Assembly: GCA_902775595.1 (NCBI GenBank)
Contig: CACYNF010000003.1
Location: 1 to 62,314 of the forward strand
Direction: 5' to 3'
DNA from: an uncultured bacterium
Lineage (GTDB): Bacteria; Verrucomicrobiota; Kiritimatiellia; RFP12; UBA1067
Length of the DNA: 62,314 nt
The notes beneath the pieces are model-generated. The model was not told the DNA's origin and ran no database searches. It worked only from the letters and a program-made list of their open reading frames with translations. Below, piece by piece: positions 1 to 6,780 of this stretch. The position numbers were made by a program, and so were the translations under genes. Positions within the stretch are counted from its first letter, which is position 1. Each line of letters starts with the position of its first letter.

Positions 1-421
1 TCTGCGCGCGGAATTCGACGCGTCCGTAGTGGAACGTCCGCGCCGACTGGATATCCGCCGAGGTGTACTTCGCAAACTCCCGCTGACGATACCAGCCGCC
101 GAGATGACGGTCCTTGTAGAGCGGATTCGGCCACTGCTCCTTCCGCGCCGTTATCGTGAGGACGCCATCCTTCACGCAGCAGTTCTCGACGCGGTTGGAG
201 GTGTAGTACTGCGGCTCCTGGTTGCGCAGGAACCCGACCTCGGGCTTCCAGTTCGCAGCGTCCGGCATAGCACCCTTCCCGTCGAACTCGTCGCTCCATT
301 CGAGCTTCCAGCCCTCGGACGAGTAGTTCCGCCTCGGGTCCTTCTTGGGGTCTTTAGCATCTGCGTCGACAGCCGCGAGCGCGCACGAAAGCACCGCCAA
401 TACAGTCATCGCCTTTTTCAT
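1..421 (-). CDS. Glycoside hydrolase family 16 (laminarinase/endo-beta-glycanase-like), N-terminal part only; gene continues past the left edge
   Basis: Own reverse-strand translation from ATG 421..419: MKKAMTVLAVLSCALAAVDA (signal peptide) ...EGWKLEWSDEFDG...NQEPQYYTS...DGVLTITA...YTSADIQS..FHYGRVEFRAQ, matching the GH16 N-terminal blocks. Absent from the ORF track because no stop lies in the window. Confidence 0.8.
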   Translation of the reverse strand, partial: MKKAMTVLAVLSCALAAVDADAKDPKKDPRRNYSSEGWKLEWSDEFDGKGAMPDAANWKPEVGFLRNQEPQYYTSNRVENCCVKDGVLTITARKEQWPNPLYKDRHLGGWYRQREFAKYTSADIQSARTFHYGRVEFRAQ

Positions 422-444
422 CGTCCCGGCTACCTGCCTGCGAA

Positions 445-3400
445 TTATCTCACAATAACCATAAACGAAACACCCTTCACGACAAGTTCACCGCCTGCGT
501 CTTCGGCAGTATCGACGAGATAGTCGCCGAGCGTCCCCTCACCGATTGCAACGGTCGATCCCGCGGCGTATGTGCCGGACGCGAGCTTCACGCCGTTGAC
601 CGTCGCAGACTTGACGGTAAGGGTATGGCCTTCAAGGTCGAGGCTCGAATTGGCATCCGCTATTTCGATGCTGTCCGCCTTCATGTCGGCATTGACAGCG
701 GCGCGTCCATAGTCGCGCACGACATACTTGACCTTCCTGTAGTCTGCAATCGCATCGCCACCGTAGCCGAGCGACACCATTTCCGTGGTGTTCGTATTGC
801 TCGAAACGCCGCCCGTTCCGTAGTAGCTCTCCGCGAGGCTCTGTCCGATGCCGATCGTGCCGCTCTTGTCGCCCTCGGCGCCGGTCTGCAGGTAGACCGT
901 TCCGGCGGAGGCGTCCCCCGGCCCTTTGTAGCCGTCGTTCCTGGCGCGTCCCGAAGCCTCGATCGTCCCGGAGAAACTCGAAAAGTCGGCTCCGGACGAG
1001 GTGAGTTTCACCGCGACGCGGCCGCCCGGACCGCGCTGCCACAGGTAGCAGCCGCCGTTGGCCGTGATCGAGCCGGCGCCCGCGAGACGCCCCGCGGTGA
1101 TGTCGATCGCGCCGCCCGCGCCGCCGGAGGCGTTGCCGCTCTGGTTGTAGGCCTCGGGGAGTCCGTTCGCGTTGGCCGGTCCGTCGAGCGTTAGCGTCCC
1201 GGAGACGGTCAGCCTGACCGCGCCGCCCGCGGCGCCGGCCGTCTGGCCGTCCGGGAAGGGGACGGTGCAGCCCGGCAGTCCGGGCGAGAAGACGGAGTCG
1301 TAGGCTTCGTAGAACAGGTCGGCGGCCCGGCCCCAGCGAAGCGAGCGACCGCCGTGCGAATGGAAGCCGAGGACGCCGTTGTGCTGGTCGCTGCGGTTTT
1401 TGCGCATGCCGCAGGACTTGGCGAGGATACCGCCGGTCGATTCGACCGCCAGGTCGCCGTTAACGGTCACGTCGCAGGAAACGAAGTCCGGCAGAACGCC
1501 GGTCGTCGAGGTGTCGTAGACGACCGCCATCGCCGGCACGCCGATTGCCGCGCCGTCCTTCACCGTGACGTCCGCGTCCAGCACGAGGTTGGTCCAGCCC
1601 GTCAGCATCCAGTTGCCGCTCATCGTCTGGTCTGTCGAGGAGCCGAGGTCGAGCGTGCCGCCTTCGTAGCGAATTGAGCCGTAGGCCGTGCTACCCGACG
1701 CATTGAGCGAGAACACGCTGTCAAGGCCGCCGGGCAGATGCAACGCCGTCCCGACGGGAATCGCGAGAATAGCGTAGTTGCCGAGGCCGAGCGAGTCGAA
1801 CGTCCAGTCGCCGTCAGTCGAAGGTTCCGTCACACTTCGATTCACCGCCGGCGCAAACGACCCATCGACATTGTCGACGAGCAGCGTGCCGTAGGTCTGC
1901 GAGGCGTCCTTGAAATAGACGGTGCCCGACCCGCCGGAACGCGATGCGAGGGAGTTCTGTGCGTTGCGCCGGTCCGAACCTGCGTTGATCGAGGCGAATG
2001 TCGAACGGTCGACCGGCTGCTCGGTGACGATGGCGACGCGTCCGCCCGTTCCCTTGTGATTTCCGTCGCCTGATCCTGGGCCGTAGGCGGAGATCGTTCC
2101 GGTGCCGGAGACGGAGTCAGCCCGAATGTAGACCGAGCCGGCCGCGCCGCAGGCGTGGTTGTTGTTGCCGTACTGCCGGGCGTCAGAATCCGCGCGCACG
2201 ATGCCGTTCACGACGATGGCGCCTTCCGAGGTGACGTAAATCGCACCGCCGCCGACGCCGTTGTAGTAGTTGTTCGCGCCTCGATCTGGAAGTCCGATGT
2301 GGATCGGCTCCTTCGGGTCGCCGTAGCAGCGCGGCGAATTCGCCGTAAGGCGGCCGCCGTGCGAAGCGTCCACACGCGCGGAATCGTGCGTGGCGAGATA
2401 CCCCTTGCCTTTGGCGTCGAGCAGGCCGTCGGCGCCGACCGTCAGGCTTCCCACGGCAAGCCGCAGGCGGTAGGTCTCGTTGGCGAGCAGGTCGCCGACC
2501 CAGTCCCAGGTCGCGGGATGGTTTTCGCCCATCGAGCGCGACAGCGGGTGCGTGATCGCGCCGCTCATGACCGCCATCGGCCCAGTCACGGTCAGGCACT
2601 GGAAGTCGCCCTTGCCGGGAAAGACGGTGTCGACTGTGATCGTGCCCATGTAGCCATTCGTCTGCGTCCACGAAGCGACCGTCGCGGTCGCGGCGGCGTC
2701 CCACTCGCAGTTCGCCGAAGAAAAGCGACCGTCGAAGAGGACATTGTCGGACGAGGTCGGCGCCTGGCCGGCGGACCAGTTTGAGTCGACGGACGCAAGC
2801 CCGTCGGCAGCCGCAACCCACGTGTTGAACCCGGCGGGGACGACAAGGTTTTCGACCGTCATCTCGGCCGAGCCCGCCTGCGCGTCGACGCCGTAGAGTC
2901 CGGCGGCGAGCGCAAGGGAGACGGTCGTGTTCTCCGTCGTGGCAGAATCCAGCAGCGGAACGACCTCGACGTCCACATGGGTCGAACCGGCGGGGATCGT
3001 CGCCGTGCCGGAAAGCGCCGCGTAGGTCTGCCCGGCCGTGGCGGTGCCGCCGACCATGTAGGAGACGACGAGGTCGTGCGCCGTGTCGGCGCGCGAGATG
3101 CGGAACACGCCCGGGACAAGGCCGTTCTCGGCGGCGTCGGAGACTTTTTCGACCGTCAGCTCGCCGTTGTAGAAGGCGCCGCCCTCCTTGGCGACCTCGG
3201 TGCCGTTCGCATTCTTTCCGTATGCCGCGAACTTGTACGTCGTGTCCGCGGTGAGGTTGGTGGGCGTGTCCGTGTACGTGCCGGGGTTGGCGGCGGTTTC
3301 GATGATATTCGTGACGGCCGTCTCGCCCGCGTCGTAGATAACGCCAACGTCGCCGCTGTTCTCGCTCAGGACTACCGTGACCGTGTAGGTGCCGCCCGCG

Positions 3401-4563
3401 TTGCGCGCAACGGTCGGCGTCTGGAACTTCTGCGCCGTGGCGTCGACACTCTCGATCTCTCCCATGCCGAAGAACGCCGCATCGGACATCGTCGCGTACT
3501 CAAGAGCGACCTCCGCCGCGCTCGCCGCGCCTTTGCGCAGACGCGCCTCGTCAACATAGCCGACAAAATAAGCCTCGCTGCCGTCCGAGTCGCACCCGAT
3601 CGAGAGCGGTTTGCCGTTGTCCGTCGCAGCCGTGATCGTTCCAGTTCCGATCTGCGAGCCGTTGAGAAATGCTGTCAGCGTGCTACCGCTGTAGACAAAC
3701 GCAAACCGCATCCAGCCGGACGAGACGAGATCGGAAAAGGTTCCAGTAATGGATGTACCGGACGCGCCACGGGCCGAAAGCTTGTTGCTTGCGTTCGCCA
3801 TCTCGACCTCCCACCCGTTTCCGGCATCATGCTTCTCCTTCCGCGAGACAAGTCTGTCGTACCCCTTCCGCGCCGTAGCGTCGTAGAAGCAGGAGAAGGT
3901 GAAGTTTCCGCCGACGCCAAGGGAATTGTAGTTCGGGATCGTCAGGTAGTCCTTCACATCAGACGTGGCTGTCTGGCGCGCCGTACCGACAGCCCCCGCG
4001 GTCTGGGCGATCGAAACGGCGGTCGCCTTCGCGGGCGACGCTCCGAGACCGTTGCCCGTCGCGTCCGCCACGGTGCCGGACGCCTCATTCATGTGCCAGA
4101 CGCCAGCATAGTTCGTCCAAACGGCGGTCGGGTCGTTGTCGACGTTCGCCGCGCCGCCGAAGTACGCCGTCAGTTCCGTTGCAGACGAAAGCGATGGCAC
4201 CTTGACCCAGACGAGCGTCTCGCCCGCAGGATCGAAGGTGTCGACCTCGAACGGAAGCGAGGCGTCGTTCTTGTCCGTGAAGAAGAGGTCCGTACCGTTT
4301 GCGCTTTGGAGTAGCGCCGAGGCTTCGGCGGGCAGTCGGACAAGTACAGGGAAGTTTTCAAAGGTCGATTCTCCGATTTTCGCGAGCACCGTCGCGGATG
4401 GCGTCAGCGTCATTTTCTTCGCAAAGTCTATATTCCGAACGGCGGCGCGCGCCTCCGGCGCGGCGAGCGCAAACGCGAACAACGCCGCCACAAGCGGAAC
4501 CACTCCGCTCGCGAAACGGGATTTCAGAATCGAACGTAGACCTTCGGTATGAATGTGTTTCAT
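445..4563 (-). CDS. Large secreted DUF2341/LamG (concanavalin-like) protein with a long Gly/Thr-rich beta-helix-like region
   Basis: ORF 445..4611 trimmed to ATG 4563 (AAGGAG 8 nt upstream). N-terminus MKHIHTEGLRSILKSRFA plus hydrophobic signal ending AAPEARA. DUF2341-like block FENFPVLVRL..LPFEVDTFD..LVWVKVP; LamG-like block GVWHMNEASGTVADATGNG. C-terminus ends GVSFMVIVR. Confidence 0.85.
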   Translation of the reverse strand: MKHIHTEGLRSILKSRFASGVVPLVAALFAFALAAPEARAAVRNIDFAKKMTLTPSATVLAKIGESTFENFPVLVRLPAEASALLQSANGTDLFFTDKNDASLPFEVDTFDPAGETLVWVKVPSLSSATELTAYFGGAANVDNDPTAVWTNYAGVWHMNEASGTVADATGNGLGASPAKATAVSIAQTAGAVGTARQTATSDVKDYLTIPNYNSLGVGGNFTFSCFYDATARKGYDRLVSRKEKHDAGNGWEVEMANASNKLSARGASGTSITGTFSDLVSSGWMRFAFVYSGSTLTAFLNGSQIGTGTITAATDNGKPLSIGCDSDGSEAYFVGYVDEARLRKGAASAAEVALEYATMSDAAFFGMGEIESVDATAQKFQTPTVARNAGGTYTVTVVLSENSGDVGVIYDAGETAVTNIIETAANPGTYTDTPTNLTADTTYKFAAYGKNANGTEVAKEGGAFYNGELTVEKVSDAAENGLVPGVFRISRADTAHDLVVSYMVGGTATAGQTYAALSGTATIPAGSTHVDVEVVPLLDSATTENTTVSLALAAGLYGVDAQAGSAEMTVENLVVPAGFNTWVAAADGLASVDSNWSAGQAPTSSDNVLFDGRFSSANCEWDAAATATVASWTQTNGYMGTITVDTVFPGKGDFQCLTVTGPMAVMSGAITHPLSRSMGENHPATWDWVGDLLANETYRLRLAVGSLTVGADGLLDAKGKGYLATHDSARVDASHGGRLTANSPRCYGDPKEPIHIGLPDRGANNYYNGVGGGAIYVTSEGAIVVNGIVRADSDARQYGNNNHACGAAGSVYIRADSVSGTGTISAYGPGSGDGNHKGTGGRVAIVTEQPVDRSTFASINAGSDRRNAQNSLASRSGGSGTVYFKDASQTYGTLLVDNVDGSFAPAVNRSVTEPSTDGDWTFDSLGLGNYAILAIPVGTALHLPGGLDSVFSLNASGSTAYGSIRYEGGTLDLGSSTDQTMSGNWMLTGWTNLVLDADVTVKDGAAIGVPAMAVVYDTSTTGVLPDFVSCDVTVNGDLAVESTGGILAKSCGMRKNRSDQHNGVLGFHSHGGRSLRWGRAADLFYEAYDSVFSPGLPGCTVPFPDGQTAGAAGGAVRLTVSGTLTLDGPANANGLPEAYNQSGNASGGAGGAIDITAGRLAGAGSITANGGCYLWQRGPGGRVAVKLTSSGADFSSFSGTIEASGRARNDGYKGPGDASAGTVYLQTGAEGDKSGTIGIGQSLAESYYGTGGVSSNTNTTEMVSLGYGGDAIADYRKVKYVVRDYGRAAVNADMKADSIEIADANSSLDLEGHTLTVKSATVNGVKLASGTYAAGSTVAIGEGTLGDYLVDTAEDAGGELVVKGVSFMVIVR

Positions 4564-4601
4564 TGCCTTTGCTCCTTTTGTATCACGTTGCTTCTGGCGA
4601 T

Positions 4602-4630
4602 ATTCTACCACTTCGGTTAAATATCGTCAA
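4602..4630 (-). promoter_or_regulatory. Sigma70-type promoter P1 of the 445..4563 gene
   Basis: Sense strand reads TTGACG (4630..4625), 17 nt, TGGTAGAAT (4610..4602); the -10 ends 38 nt before ATG 4563. The same architecture is conserved at 6683..6711. Confidence 0.6.
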
Positions 4631-4654
4631 TGCTATGAACCATCGTTCGCCGAC

Positions 4655-4663
4655 ATTCTACCA
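4655..4663 (-). promoter_or_regulatory. Second upstream extended -10 element (P2)
   Basis: Sense strand TGGTAGAAT, 53 bp upstream of P1. A conserved counterpart TGTTAAAAT lies at 6736..6744. Confidence 0.4.
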
Positions 4664-4683
4664 AAAGCGGGGAGGGATGGGAA

Positions 4684-4697
4684 TATACGAAAGTATA
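4684..4697. promoter_or_regulatory. Perfect palindrome TATAC-GAAA-GTATA; candidate operator over the -35 region of P2
   Basis: Read directly. The same TATAC-N4-GTATA core recurs at 6765..6778 and 9298..9311. Confidence 0.45.
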
Positions 4698-4848
4698 GGT
4701 CGGGTTTGGCGTTTTGCGCTCCATGCGTTTATGCGGGGGAAAAGTTATAACTCCAAGACAACTGCGATTTCGTGTTTTTGCGAGTTATAACTCTTGAATT
4801 CGCATTTGTTTATTGTGGCAGTTGGCGCGGTTTCGTTGTGACAGTGGA

Positions 4849-5348
4849 TGCAACGAGATATTTATGCAAAGTCAATGCGATGGCGAGCGCTAACGCGCGA
4901 CCACGAATCCGGCTCCGCGATGAGTCGCCTGGCGGCGACTTGGCGCTGCCGCGTCCGCGCCGCGCCCTGGCTTCGCCGGGCGGCGCGTCCACGCCACCGC
5001 CAACCCTGCGGGTTTCATCGTCGCGCCGGTCACAAAAGCGGGCCTACGCCCGACACGAAAAATTCCTTTCTTTGACTGCAACTTATCGCTACGACTGATT
5101 TCGTGAGCTTTCGTGTCCCGCGAAGGCGGGCTTTCGTGTCACGGTGCGTTGCCGGAAGCCGATAGGCTTACGCGGCGGAACGACGCATGGCGTAGGCCGA
5201 AGGCCTACAAGCCGTTGCGTCGGGACACCACGCATAAGACGCGAAGCGTCGTCTGGCAACGTGCCGAGTGTTCGTGGTCGCGCGTCAGCGCCAAACGTTT
5301 TGGCATGCCTTGCAGTGACTATTGACTCTGCATAAAAATCTCGTTGCA
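4849..5348. repeat. About 500-bp non-coding element closed by long inverted repeats (MITE-like, or a large structured RNA)
   Basis: 4849..4876 (tgcaacgagatatttatgcaaagtcaat) is the near-perfect reverse complement of 5321..5348. 4887..4907 (gcgctaacgcgcgaccacgaa) pairs with 5271..5291. The interior is GC-rich with hairpins such as gtaggccgaaggcctac, gacgcgaagcgtc and cccgcgaaggcggg. ORFs here are Arg/Pro/Ala-rich and not protein-like. Confidence 0.55.
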
Positions 5349-5362
5349 CAATCAACGAAAAC

Positions 5363-6643
5363 CTACCGCCCATCGAGCAGGACGCGCAGGGCAAGCGCGA
5401 TGTCGCGTCCAAACGCGCGGCACTTCTCCGGCGTCACAACGGCGCCGTTGGCGTTGGCGAACGGAAACTCCATCGCACGGCAGACCTTGGGCTCCTTTAC
5501 ATTGTGGCAGGCCCATATCACCGACGACCAGCCCTGCGCAAAGTTTACGCCCTTGTTCCACTTCTGCCCGAACGGCAGGTCATTCGCCGCCTTATACCGG
5601 AGAGTCCCCGACTGAACCTTCTCGAGGATCTCGGAGAAGCGGTCCTCCTGCGCGGAAGGCGGCACGATCTTCGGATCCTTCCGCGTCGCGTACACGAACT
5701 CGTTGTATTCGCCGCGTATCCACGGACAGTGCAGGTCGATGAACGCGTCGAGTCTCCCCTTCGCGTGCTCGCCGATCCACTCCGTCAACGCCTTAGTCTC
5801 CGGATAGATGAACTCGGAGTAGTCGCGGTTGTGGTCGTGGGGCTTGCGGTTCTTGCCCTGGTCGCCGGCCTGCGCGCCGTCGTAGTCCACGAACGGAACG
5901 CCCATGAGCTCCACGTTTGCGCGCAGCCAAGCGCCGAGGTCGTCATCGGCGAGGAACGCGTCCACAATCCCCTCGAACACCCAGCTCGCCATCGTCTCGG
6001 AGCAGTGGTGTCGCGCCGTGAACATGAAGCGAAACTTGGGCTCGCTCTTGAGACACCCCGCGCGCACCCGCGGCACCTCCGCCGCGGCGCGCGACCGACA
6101 CAGCGTCTCCACAACAAAGGTCCCCTTCGCCGCGTCTGCCGCGTGCCGCGCGACGAACGCGTCCCAGTCCGCGCGTACATACGGATGGCATTCGTAGAAG
6201 AGCGTCTCGTTCTCGTCCGGCGCGAACGTGTAGGCGAAGCCGCGCGTCGTCGCCTTGCCGTCAAGCGGATACGCGAAAGTCTTGCCGCCGTCCCTCGACA
6301 CGACCGGACCCCTCACGCCGACAATGTCGAGATTCGTCCCGTCCGGCTTGCGGAAGTCGAAGCGGACCGTCCTGCCGGCCGCGCCCTTCACGCGGAACGC
6401 CCAGTAGAACCATTCGCCCTTCGTGTCGCGCAGGTCCTGTCGGATGCTCACCGTGTCGCCGTCGATCGAGTTGACAATCGCGTTCCCGGCGGGAATCGCC
6501 GTATCGACGGTAAAACCGGAAGCAACGTCACCATATGCCGACACTACACCGAACGCGACAAGCGCCCATAGCGCAAACCTACATCCCTGCGCGAAACGCG
6601 ATTTTAGAATCGAACCGGAACCTTCGGCATGAGTCAGTTTCAT
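5363..6643 (-). CDS. Secreted M14-family zinc carboxypeptidase-like protein
   Basis: ORF 5363..6664 trimmed to ATG 6643 (AAGGAG 8 nt upstream). HxxE zinc motif in ARHHCSETMAS; HDHNRDY; later His in IDLHCPW. N-terminus MKLTHAEGSGSILKSRFA matches that of the 445..4563 gene. Confidence 0.8.
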   Translation of the reverse strand: MKLTHAEGSGSILKSRFAQGCRFALWALVAFGVVSAYGDVASGFTVDTAIPAGNAIVNSIDGDTVSIRQDLRDTKGEWFYWAFRVKGAAGRTVRFDFRKPDGTNLDIVGVRGPVVSRDGGKTFAYPLDGKATTRGFAYTFAPDENETLFYECHPYVRADWDAFVARHAADAAKGTFVVETLCRSRAAAEVPRVRAGCLKSEPKFRFMFTARHHCSETMASWVFEGIVDAFLADDDLGAWLRANVELMGVPFVDYDGAQAGDQGKNRKPHDHNRDYSEFIYPETKALTEWIGEHAKGRLDAFIDLHCPWIRGEYNEFVYATRKDPKIVPPSAQEDRFSEILEKVQSGTLRYKAANDLPFGQKWNKGVNFAQGWSSVIWACHNVKEPKVCRAMEFPFANANGAVVTPEKCRAFGRDIALALRVLLDGR

Positions 6644-6682
6644 TGTCTTCGCTCCTTGATGCATCGTTTCGTTTCTAGCGAT

Positions 6683-6711
6683 ATTCTACCGTCTCGGGAA
6701 AACATCGCCAA
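6683..6711 (-). promoter_or_regulatory. Sigma70-type promoter P1 of the M14 gene
   Basis: Sense strand TTGGCG (6711..6706), 17 nt, TAGAAT (6688..6683); the -10 ends 39 nt before ATG 6643. Paralogous to 4602..4630. Confidence 0.55.
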
Positions 6712-6735
6712 TGCCCTGAGCCATCGTTAGATGAC

Positions 6736-6744
6736 ATTTTAACA
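6736..6744 (-). promoter_or_regulatory. Upstream extended -10 element (P2) of the M14 gene
   Basis: Sense strand TGTTAAAAT; positional counterpart of 4655..4663. Confidence 0.35.
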
Positions 6745-6762
6745 AAACGAGGCAGGGATAGG

Positions 6763-6780
6763 AATATACAAAAGTATATT
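6763..6780. promoter_or_regulatory. Palindrome AATATAC-AAAA-GTATATT; candidate operator
   Basis: Read directly. Same core as 4684..4697. It abuts the stop codon of the upstream beta-helix gene (6780..6782). Confidence 0.45.

Noticed and set aside
29-523. 164-aa + strand ORF at the left edge.
   Set aside because: It is antisense to a reverse-strand reading frame that translates into an unmistakable GH16 N-terminus with a signal peptide. The + strand product has no protein-like features.
2977-4314. Long antisense or alternate-frame ORFs throughout the window. Examples: 2977..4314 +, 5504..6571 +, 11714..13078 +, 14456..16348 +, 23020..24870 +, 36296..37864 +, 51108..52364 +, 52139..54193 -, 59526..60767 +.
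   Set aside because: Their translations are Arg/Pro/Ala/Gly-rich low-complexity strings. They overlap well-supported genes with clear family motifs on the other strand or frame. This is the shadow-ORF behaviour expected of GC-rich DNA.
4520-4545. tRNA T-loop-like GGTTCGATTC inside the conserved N-terminal coding block (also at 6606..6615).
   Set aside because: There are no flanking complementary stems and no cloverleaf. The similarity is explained by the conserved codons for SILKSRF.
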